Assembly: GCA_003522725.1 (NCBI GenBank)
Contig: DPIG01000078.1
Coordinates: 18,746-82,745, forward strand
Direction of reading: 5' to 3'
DNA: 64,000 nt
From: Candidatus Omnitrophota bacterium
GTDB taxonomy: Bacteria > Omnitrophota > Gorgyraeia > Zapsychrales > Zapsychraceae
The notes beneath the pieces were generated by a model. The model had not been told where the DNA came from. It saw only the letters and a program-made list of their open reading frames with translations, and made no database searches. This document shows, in pieces, positions 17,259 to 25,800 of this stretch. A program made the position numbers and the translations under genes. How positions within the stretch are numbered: position 1 is the first letter of the stretch; every line of letters begins with the position of its first letter.

Positions 17259-19154
17259 TTATGGCCGTGCGGCAACGAGGAAATTCGCGCTGCCCGGGGG
17301 TTTCACGTAAGAAAGCGTGCTTTTGCCTAACGCGACTCCGCCTAATTTCTGGATCGCCGCGATATGCGCCGGATAGATTTTGTCATGGACAAAATAGTTG
17401 AAAAATCCTTCCGGCGTGGAAACGACCAGGAAATGATACCCCAGCCCCGCCAGCCGGGACAACTCGCCCGCGCGGTAGTGCGCGATGTCCCAGCGGTTGA
17501 AGAAATAATACGCCGGCGTGAAATAGAATTCTTTGAATCGCCGGGTCAGTTCCTCCTTGATTTGTTCCGGCGTGAACCCGGAAAGGTCCTGGGGGCCCAG
17601 CGTGGCCATGCCCCAGAGCCCGATGACCTCGGGCAGATGACGGTCGATCGCTTGCGGAAAATGCCGCCGGTGCATGAGATCCCCGGGAACAAGCGGGTCC
17701 AGAGGCGCGTAAGCCACCTCGGGGTTGGCGATGCCCAACAGGTCCAGAAGGTCATGTTCGGCAAAATACATCACGGTCGCCATCTCGGGGCTCGCGATGA
17801 CGGCGTGCGCGGGGAGCGTCAGGCGCAGATAACGTCCGAAAAATCCCAGGTCGTCGATCCGGCCCCAACGGTTGCGGGAAATGCGCAGGTCGTTGTAAAG
17901 CGTCTGAAACGCGTTGGGCGCCGGCCAGATGTACGGTGAAACGATGAGCGCCAGAGCGATTGCCGTCCGCGCGCCCTGATGGCGCACGAACGGCGTGACG
18001 GCTTTATAAATAAACGCCCACGCGCAGATCGTAAACAGCAGTGTAAACGGCATCAGATAACGGTTCCAGGGAAACGGAAACCAGTCTCCCCCGCCGGTAA
18101 AATAAAGCGAACAAAAAACAGCCGTCACGCCCAGAGGCAGGAAGATTTTCGAAGGCAGCAGTTTTTTATAAAAACAAAACCCGATCGGAATGACGCTCAA
18201 TAAGGCAAAGATGTGCGATTGAAAATACTGCAATAAAAACTGCAGCTGGCCCAACCCTGCCCGTAAATAAGCAGGGTCCCCCGCCGTATTCTTGAAAATG
18301 ACCGGCGCGGGGACAGGGTGCCCAAAGAAAAATTTGCGCGCCAGGGTCAGAAACGCGAACGGCGTCACCAGAAAAAGCCCTGTTCCCAAAGCTTTTTTCA
18401 GGGAGGGCCGTTCGAGGTAAAGGCAAAGCCACATCAGAAAGGTGAACACGATCCCTTCGATCCGCACCAGCGGCAGGAAGGCGAGAATGACCAGCCCGGC
18501 CCCGCGTTTTTCCGGCGGCGCGAAAGTCAGGAAATAAACGCTCAAAAGGACCAGGCCCGTGAATAATGTTGCCATAAACCCCGACCCGCCGACGAAGATG
18601 ACGCAAGGGAAAACGCCCAGGGCCAGCGTAAAGGCCAGGCATGCCGGTTCATCAACGACAAGCGCCCGCAGGATGAGCCATCCGGCGGCAATGACAAGTA
18701 CGTTTCCCAAAAGGGAAAAACAGACGGCGGTCTCGACTAAAGGAAAAGAAAGTTTGCCCAAAACCCCGGTCAGAAAAAACGGCAGAAAGTCGACCGTCCC
18801 TTCGGCCATATTCGCGGCGTTATAGCTGTAATGTCCCGCGTGGGTGAGGACGTAGGAATGCCGCAGGTTGATGAAGAATTCATCCCAGCCTTCGCTGACC
18901 TTCAAGCTTAAAAGGACCGACAGAAACGCGATGAGCCCCAAGGACAGGTTTTGCCAGAACAACGGCCGCATCCGCCGGCGAAAAAATGCCAATCCGGCAA
19001 GCGCAAAGATCATGCCGGCCGCGGCCGGAAGAACGGGACGGGTCTGGATCAAGGACAGCATCCCGCCGAAGAATTCATTGACCGGAGGGGTGACGGGGAG
19101 AAAATCGTTGACGCGGAAAATTTCAAGATCAAGGATCTGCGGTGTGTCGCCCAT
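17259..19154 (-). CDS. Large polytopic membrane protein, putative GT-C-fold glycosyltransferase (ArnT/PMT/YfhO-like)
   Basis: 631 aa, about 12 predicted TM helices in the N-terminal two-thirds, then a soluble C-terminal domain. Sits in a cluster with a DPM1-like GT2 gene. Assignment is by architecture, not a recognised motif. Confidence 0.45.
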   Translation of the reverse strand: MGDTPQILDLEIFRVNDFLPVTPPVNEFFGGMLSLIQTRPVLPAAAGMIFALAGLAFFRRRMRPLFWQNLSLGLIAFLSVLLSLKVSEGWDEFFINLRHSYVLTHAGHYSYNAANMAEGTVDFLPFFLTGVLGKLSFPLVETAVCFSLLGNVLVIAAGWLILRALVVDEPACLAFTLALGVFPCVIFVGGSGFMATLFTGLVLLSVYFLTFAPPEKRGAGLVILAFLPLVRIEGIVFTFLMWLCLYLERPSLKKALGTGLFLVTPFAFLTLARKFFFGHPVPAPVIFKNTAGDPAYLRAGLGQLQFLLQYFQSHIFALLSVIPIGFCFYKKLLPSKIFLPLGVTAVFCSLYFTGGGDWFPFPWNRYLMPFTLLFTICAWAFIYKAVTPFVRHQGARTAIALALIVSPYIWPAPNAFQTLYNDLRISRNRWGRIDDLGFFGRYLRLTLPAHAVIASPEMATVMYFAEHDLLDLLGIANPEVAYAPLDPLVPGDLMHRRHFPQAIDRHLPEVIGLWGMATLGPQDLSGFTPEQIKEELTRRFKEFYFTPAYYFFNRWDIAHYRAGELSRLAGLGYHFLVVSTPEGFFNYFVHDKIYPAHIAAIQKLGGVALGKSTLSYVKPPGSANFLVAARP

Positions 19155-19886
19155 TTAGATCTTGATGTTCAATTTTTCGAATTCCCTGATCCTGGCGAAG
19201 GAATAAAAAGAATAATACCGGTCGTTCTCGACCAGGAAAGCCTTGAGACGGCAGCCCTTAAGGACAAGTTCATTATAGACGGGGGCGATGTAGTAGATCC
19301 CGTTGACGTGGGCTTGCTTTTCGATGGTTTTCTCGGCGGCCTCGATGAAGTCGCGCCCCCGTTTGAAGTAGTAGAGCCCGGCGATGGCATGACGGCTGAT
19401 GGGGTTTTTTTCGGCGGTCTGCAGGATCGTCCGGTCGGCGTCGAGCTTCGCGTAGGACCATTGCGGATGCACGGAATCAAAACAGACCACCCCGCCGTCG
19501 ACGTCCTGGTCGAGGAAATATTTCAAAAGGACGTTGTAGTCGATATCCAGATACTGGTCGGCGTTGGAGATGATCAAAGGCGAATCGTTGTTGATGTGAT
19601 CGATCGCGAGAAGACAGGAACAGGCCGCGCCTTTGGTCTCGGTCTGCTGGCGGATGATCACGGTGTCCCTGCCGGTCAGGAGCTTGAGGGTCTTGTCGAG
19701 ATGGAATTTGACGCATTCGTCCTCCCTGGCAACGAAAACGAAACGTTTCGTTTCCTGGATGCGGTTTAACGCGGTCAGCGGGTATTCGATCATGGTCCGG
19801 TCATTGATCTCAAAAAGCGGTTTGGGAAAGAACTGGTCTTCGAAGATCCTGGATTTTCCGGCGATGGGAATAAGGATATTGATCAC
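19155..19886 (-). CDS. Sugar-phosphate nucleotidyltransferase-like protein (NTP_transferase/GT-A fold), paralog 1
   Basis: MINILIPIAGKSRIF...PKPLFEINDRTMIEYPL N-terminal nucleotide-binding motif. GTG start. 243 aa. Paralogous to 21899-22654. Confidence 0.6.
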   Translation of the reverse strand: MINILIPIAGKSRIFEDQFFPKPLFEINDRTMIEYPLTALNRIQETKRFVFVAREDECVKFHLDKTLKLLTGRDTVIIRQQTETKGAACSCLLAIDHINNDSPLIISNADQYLDIDYNVLLKYFLDQDVDGGVVCFDSVHPQWSYAKLDADRTILQTAEKNPISRHAIAGLYYFKRGRDFIEAAEKTIEKQAHVNGIYYIAPVYNELVLKGCRLKAFLVENDRYYSFYSFARIREFEKLNIKI

Positions 19887-20521
19887 GCGCCTGCCCCCGC
19901 GTCGATCTCTGTGACGCGCTCGATAATGTTGTCGTAATACACGTCTTTGGGGTCTTTCACCTCCAGGAGATGCGCGCCGCTTTCCCGCGCGGCCTTGATG
20001 CCCTGCGGGTTATCTTCAACGATCAGGCACTCGGCGGGCGAAAGTCCGAAGCGCGAGATGGCCTTTTGGTACATCTGCGGGTGCGGCTTGTGGTGTTCCA
20101 CGTCTTCGTTGGAAAGGAAAAATTCCAGATGCGGCATGAGGTCCGCTTTGCGCAGCATCAGGTCAATGGTGTCCCGCACGGAATTGGAGCACACGGCCAG
20201 CCTGTACCCTTCTTTTTTCAGCCGCGAAAGCGCGTACTGGTGGATGAACTGCGGCTTGCATTTGAGCGTGATCTCCTCAAGCGTGTATTGCTGCTTGAGG
20301 CGGCAGATAAAATCGTGCAATTCGTGCGGCAGGCTTTTTTCGATGGACAGCATCTCGAGTTTTTTGCGGGTCGGAAAGCCGTCGTAGGTCGTCACATGTT
20401 CCAGGCGGCTCAGGCTCATGCCGAAATAGTCCAAAGCCCGGTTGAGGGCCGCGTAATGCCATTCCTTGGCGTCGATGAGGACCCCGTCCATGTCAAAAAT
20501 GACCGCCTTTATCTTCCCCAT
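19883..20521 (-). CDS. HAD-superfamily hydrolase, subfamily IA (phosphatase / beta-phosphoglucomutase-like)
   Basis: VIFDMDGVLID motif I, then S/T motif II, K motif III and a VEDNPQGIKAARESG motif IV region. 212 aa. Confidence 0.8.
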   Translation of the reverse strand: MGKIKAVIFDMDGVLIDAKEWHYAALNRALDYFGMSLSRLEHVTTYDGFPTRKKLEMLSIEKSLPHELHDFICRLKQQYTLEEITLKCKPQFIHQYALSRLKKEGYRLAVCSNSVRDTIDLMLRKADLMPHLEFFLSNEDVEHHKPHPQMYQKAISRFGLSPAECLIVEDNPQGIKAARESGAHLLEVKDPKDVYYDNIIERVTEIDAGAGA

Positions 20522-20522
20522 T

Positions 20523-21161
20523 TTACTCCTCGGTGTTGAAAAAATCGTCCGCCTTGGCCGGAAAGTCGGTGCACAAGAACAACTGCTGTTGATGGCGGCG
20601 CAACGCGGGGTTTTTTAACAATCGCCAGAGACGCTCATGTCCGCGTCCGTGCAGTTCCGGTGAAACCACACAAACATCTTTGCCCGATTTCAAATGTTCT
20701 TCGATGGTACGCGCTGTGAACCAGTCGGTTTTAAATGAGTCCAGCCAAACTCCCGCGGCGTGTTCCCACAAAACCGGCCGTGGTTCAAATTCGCTTTGCC
20801 GGGTGAAAAACGGGATTTTACGGTCGCGATAAACAACCAGTTCCGGGATATTGGCATCAAAGACAAAATAATGACGCACCCGGTAACGACGCGCCAGACT
20901 CTGGATCAGACCTTGCAGGCCGTCGGCCTTGACGTTGATGGCCAGCGTTTGGTCTTTGATGTTCCGGGCAAAAAGTTCAAAGACCTTTTCGGCGCCGGGA
21001 TTTCGCCTGGATGCCGGATCATGCGCGATGACCAGCTTTCCTCCGGAATCGCGTACGTCCGTTTCAACACCAAACCCCATTTTAGCGGCCCGGCGAATGG
21101 CCGGAAAGCTATTTCTTTCTTTTTTCGACCGCCAATTCCCGCGGTGCGCCAGGATGTGCAT
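20523..21161 (-). CDS. Glycerophosphodiester phosphodiesterase (GP-PDE) family protein
   Basis: ILAHRGN...GFGVETDVR...LVIAHD, the H-R...E-D catalytic signature of GDPD. 212 aa. Confidence 0.7.
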   Translation of the reverse strand: MHILAHRGNWRSKKERNSFPAIRRAAKMGFGVETDVRDSGGKLVIAHDPASRRNPGAEKVFELFARNIKDQTLAINVKADGLQGLIQSLARRYRVRHYFVFDANIPELVVYRDRKIPFFTRQSEFEPRPVLWEHAAGVWLDSFKTDWFTARTIEEHLKSGKDVCVVSPELHGRGHERLWRLLKNPALRRHQQQLFLCTDFPAKADDFFNTEE

Positions 21162-21170
21162 ATAAAAATC

Positions 21171-21884
21171 CTACGGGTAAAGCCGTTTGAGCTGGAACAT
21201 CTGCTCCAGCGTGGTGCGATAGACGTTCACGCGTTTGCGCGACCAGCTGGACACGCCCTGACGCCGGGCGTGAAAAGCCACGGGCACCTCATGCACGGGC
21301 CAGCGGTTCTTGCGCGCCGTCAAAAGCAATTGCGCGTCGAACACGAACGTTTTCATTTTAGTACCCGGCAAGAAATTTAAAAGATCTTTGTGGAACATTT
21401 TCGGCAGGCCGTTGACGTCTTTGACGCGCACTCCCAGAAGGATATTGGCCAGGACAGTATAAATGACGCTGACGACACGCGTGTTCCATCCGTCTTCACG
21501 GACCGTGCGCCGGCCTTTGACCATGACCCTGTTTTGGCGTTGCGCACAAGCGGCGCGGTATCGCTCCCAGACTTTTAAAAGATCACCGGCGCTGACCTGC
21601 AGATCGCCGGGGATGTACGCGACGATGTCCGTCCGGCAGTGTTTGAGCCCTTCATAAACGCCGCCGCCGTAATTGAGATTTTCGGGAAGATGGATACCCC
21701 TTATCCAGGAGTTTTGTTGCGCGAGATCATCGACGACCGCCCCCGTCCGGTCCGTTGAGCCGTTGTTGACCAGGATGACCTGGGACAAACCGTTCTGGAG
21801 AAGACCGCTCGCGACCAAGTCGCGGACCAACAACGGGACATTCTTCTCTTCGTTCCACAAAGGGACAACCAGGCTGAAATCCAT
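21171..21884 (-). CDS. GT2 glycosyltransferase, DPM1/ArnC-like polyprenyl-phosphate sugar synthase catalytic domain
   Basis: MDFSLVVPLWNEEKNVP...ILVNNGSTDRT...YIPGDLQ (DxD-like). 237 aa, no C-terminal TM anchor. Confidence 0.7.
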   Translation of the reverse strand: MDFSLVVPLWNEEKNVPLLVRDLVASGLLQNGLSQVILVNNGSTDRTGAVVDDLAQQNSWIRGIHLPENLNYGGGVYEGLKHCRTDIVAYIPGDLQVSAGDLLKVWERYRAACAQRQNRVMVKGRRTVREDGWNTRVVSVIYTVLANILLGVRVKDVNGLPKMFHKDLLNFLPGTKMKTFVFDAQLLLTARKNRWPVHEVPVAFHARRQGVSSWSRKRVNVYRTTLEQMFQLKRLYP

Positions 21885-21898
21885 TTTTTTCGATCCCT

Positions 21899-22654
21899 TC
21901 AGAAAGATACGGCCTTGCGCGCGACCGGCAGGCCGAGAAAACGCTCCAGGTCCTGCGGCGTCCCCAGCCCGTACATGCCTTCGGTGTCGCTGCCGATATT
22001 GACGTAGCCGATCCTTTTGTCTTCCTGGAGCAGTTCATTAAACGCCGGCGCGACATAAAATTCGTTGTTGACCCGCAGGTTCTTGCGGATCATGCCCTCG
22101 GCGCCGCGGACAAAATCCTTTCCGCGGCGATAATTGTAAACACCCACGGTGGCTTCGTCGGACACGGCTTGTTTCTCAACCACTTCGGTGATTTCTCCGC
22201 GTTCATCAAGCCGGACGAACGACCACTTGGGGTCGGTGGCGGTCATCGTGAGGATCGCCCCGTCCCAGGACGACGCGTCAAACGTCTGTAAATAATCTTC
22301 AATGGAAAAATCGACCCACTGGTCGGAATTGGCGAGCATCAGCGGCTGGTCGGTGCCGATGAGATCTTTGGCCAGAAGGACCGTGCATGCAGCGCCTTGC
22401 GTGATCGACTCCACGGTCACGATGCGGCAGCCGGGGGCCAGTTTTTTCAATTTTTGGTCGATGCGATAATTTTCGAGATGCTCTTTAAGGCATAAAAAAA
22501 TGAACCTGTGCGGGCGTTTGGGACGGAGATTATGGACCACCAGTTCGATCATGGCCTTGCCGTGGACCTCGATGAGGGGTTTGGGCAGGGTATAACCCGC
22601 TTCCTGAAAGCGGCTGCCGCGCCCGGCCATGGGGATAACGATATTAAGGGTCAT
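21899..22654 (-). CDS. Sugar-phosphate nucleotidyltransferase-like protein, paralog 2
   Basis: MTLNIVIPMAGRGSRFQEAGYTLPKPLIEVHGKAMIELV aligns with the paralog-1 N-terminus. Start uncertain (candidates at 22654, 22663, 22666). The ORF track extends to 22690. Confidence 0.6.
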   Translation of the reverse strand: MTLNIVIPMAGRGSRFQEAGYTLPKPLIEVHGKAMIELVVHNLRPKRPHRFIFLCLKEHLENYRIDQKLKKLAPGCRIVTVESITQGAACTVLLAKDLIGTDQPLMLANSDQWVDFSIEDYLQTFDASSWDGAILTMTATDPKWSFVRLDERGEITEVVEKQAVSDEATVGVYNYRRGKDFVRGAEGMIRKNLRVNNEFYVAPAFNELLQEDKRIGYVNIGSDTEGMYGLGTPQDLERFLGLPVARKAVSF

Positions 22655-22726
22655 GTGCGCCATCATAACCCAAACCCCGCGCCATTTCAATCAAACCGGC
22701 AACAATTTATGGCTGGTTCAAAATAT

Positions 22727-22750
22727 CAATTCGGTCAACGTTGACCGAAT
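22727..22750. promoter_or_regulatory. Perfect 24-bp palindrome between the GH5 gene stop and the nucleotidyltransferase start
   Basis: AATTCGGTCAAC|GTTGACCGAATT. On the minus strand it is followed by GATATTTTGAA. It could be an operator site or a terminator stem. Confidence 0.5.
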
Positions 22751-22792
22751 TCAGACAGACCCGGACATGAGCTTGGGGCGATCCCGGAAGGT

Positions 22793-22815
22793 CCCGGGAA
22801 TAAGTACTGTGTCCC
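22793..22815. repeat. Half-site related to the 15013-15054 inverted repeat, fused to an inverted TTATTCC(C)GG unit
   Basis: CCCGGGAATAAGTACTGTGTCCC. The TAAGTAcTGTGTCCC part matches TAAGTATcGTGTCCC (15040-15054) at 13 of 15 positions. CCCGGGAATAA is the reverse complement of TTATTCCCGGG. Confidence 0.5.
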
Positions 22816-22818
22816 ACT

Positions 22819-25800
22819 TTATTGCAGGATCCTGGTATAGTTCGCTTCATGGTCTTTGACCCATATGCCGTTGACCTTGGACCAGATGGACGCGTAAAGC
22901 GGTGTGCCATCCAGCGGGACGGTCACGGTGACGGAAGTATTTGATCCCGCATTGATATTGCCGACGTTTTTCGTGTTGGGAGCGGTCCCCAGCCACAGAT
23001 AATACTGCGCTGCCGCCGGATTCGTCGTCCAGATGAACGTTACGTTCGCCGTATCGATCTGGCTCCCCGGCGCAGGTGAAATGATCCGGGCCCGTTGGTC
23101 GGCGCGGGTATAGCTCACTTCATGATCTTTGACCCATATGCCGTTGACCCTGGACCAGATGGACGCGTAAAGCGGTGTGCCATCCAAGGGGACGTTTACA
23201 ATTACCGAAGTATTCATTCCGGCATTGATGTTACCGACGTTGTTGATGCTTGGAGCAGTACCCAACCACAAATAATACTGTGTTGCCGCGGGATTTGCCG
23301 TCCAGGCAAACATCACGCTAGTGGTCGTGATCTGACTGCCGGGTACGGGCGAAGTGATCAGGGCTTTTTTGTTACTGCGCGTATAACTTGCTTCATGGTC
23401 TTTGACCCATATGCCGTTGACCCTGGACCAGATGGACGCGTAAAGCGGTGTGCCATCCAGCGGGACGGTCACGGTGACGGAAGTATTTGATCCCGCATTG
23501 ATATTGCCGACGTTTTTCGTGTTGGGAGCGGTCCCCAGCCACAGATAATACTGCGCTGCCGCCGGATTCGTCGTCCAGATGAATGTTACGTTCGCCGTAT
23601 CGATCTGGCTCCCCGGCGCGGGCGACATGATCCGGGCCCGTTGGTCGGCGCGGGTATAGCTCACTTCATGGTCTTTGGCCCATTTCCCTTTGACTTTGGA
23701 CCAGATGGACGCGTAAAGCGGTGTGCCATCCAGCGGGACGGTCACGGTGACGGAAGTATTTGATCCCGCGTTGATATTGCCGACGTTTTTTGTGTTGGGA
23801 GCGGTCCCCAGCCACAGGTAATATTGCGTCGCGTCGGGATTCATTGTCCAGCGGAAGGTCACGTTCGCCGTATCGATCTGACTGCCCGGCGTGGGCGACA
23901 TGATCCGGGCCGGCCCTTTAACCGAAAGATATCCCTCGAGGATCCCCGTTAAGGAAATATTAGGTGAATGATGGGCCGCGGTATCGTATTTGCCGAATTT
24001 TTGTTCCAGCTGGACTTGGGAATCCGTGCTGACGTCGGGCGGCGCGTCATTGTAGACGTCATGCATAAACAAACCCCACTCGGTGGGGTATTGCGTCTGG
24101 TGCGCCTTGTACGTCCACATCGCCCAGTGCCAGTTTTTATTGCGGAATGTCGCCAAAAAATAGTCCCAGTTGGCCCGCTGATTGAAGCCGTTGAATTCGC
24201 CGATGAAGACCGGCACGTTGAAGATTTCCTGCGCGGAATTGTTCACCTTGCCGTCGAGGTACGCGCGGTGTCCGGGGACGTCTTTAATGCCGATGATATT
24301 TCCAAAACTGTCGAATTCGAACCCGTAATAATGGAATTCGTAGACGACATTTTGCCAGCCGTAAACGTTGGGGTGCGGAAGGGTGTCCCAGTCGAATTCG
24401 CTGGGGACGCTTTCCATGACAATGATGTGCCTGGGGTCAACCGCGCGGATCGCCTGATAGAGCGCGTTATAAAATGGCCAAAGGCCGGCGGGCCCGGTGA
24501 AGGTCGGGTCGTGGTCCAAGGCGCCAAAAGGTTCATTCAAAAGATCATAACCCATGACATTGGTCAAAAAAGCGTAACGTGACGCGACCGCCGTCCAGAA
24601 TTCGATGGTCTTGGCGCGGTGCGCGGCGCCGTCAGGGCCGTTCTCGAAAAGTTTGTTGTAGTTCGCGCGGCCGGAATGCGCCTCGTCGCTTTGCGCCCCC
24701 GGCGCGCCGTGAAGGTCCAACAGGACGTAGATCCCGCGGTTGGCGCATTGCTCGATGATCCAATCCAGTTTGGTGAAGTTTGTGAACGCGCCGGTTGAAT
24801 CTTGCAGGGCTTCATAATAAATCGGCAGGCGGACCAGATTGACGCCCATACGCATCAAGTGGTCCAGATCGATCGTTTGGATATACGCGTCCTGATACGC
24901 GTTAAGAAGATTTGCCGACCCGAACCTGCGGACCAATTCCGCGCGGATGCTGAAGTCGTCATCATCGTTTGGGTTCGCGGCGGTGTACCCGCCTCCGATC
25001 CCGGTAAATTCCGGCTCGATCAATAACAGGTTCCCCAGATTGACGCCCCCCAGGAGGATCGGATCACCAAGGCCATCCATTTCCAGGATAGCCATGCCGT
25101 CCGTCTTGAGATACCCGCCTTCGAGGGAAGTGACCGGCAATGCCGGGCTCCAACCGGTCGAATCGAAGATGTCCGTTAATCCGGTCCTTAAATGCGCGCG
25201 GATGCGGTACCATGAGCCTTCTTCATAATAACTCGCGGCTGGCAGCAAAGCGTGCGGGCCGCGGTATATTTCCGTCCAGGGCCCGTTACGGGACGGGCCT
25301 TTCTGGATCTCATACTGGTCGGCGAACTCGAGCGGTTCCCACTGCAATCCGGCAAAGGCGAACCTTGGATGGCGAAGCAAGACCGGAGGACGGAGCGAAT
25401 AAACAACCTCGCTCCATCGCGAAATATAGGGGATCGGGTCAGTGGAGGTGACGTCCTCTTTCCAGCGGACCCGCAGCCACCGTGGGGACAAAGGTTTGAT
25501 AAAAGAAGAAAGGCCCGTCCCCTCGTAAATGGTCGTCCATGGTCCCTGCGGTCCCGCGACGCTTTCCTGCAATTCGTACGCGCCCGCGCCGGCAATCGCG
25601 TCCCACGCCGCGGCCACTCCCTGGGCCGATTCTGAAACAACGACGGTCGGCGGTGTTTTAATGGCCCTGATATCATCGATGTAGTAAACTCCGGGCCAGA
25701 AAAACTGGAACTGGATCTTGTTGATGCCGCTGAGGTCCAGGCCGGCGGGTAATCCGCTAAAGGGAACGGCCAGTTGTGTCCATTGCCCGCGCACCGCCCG

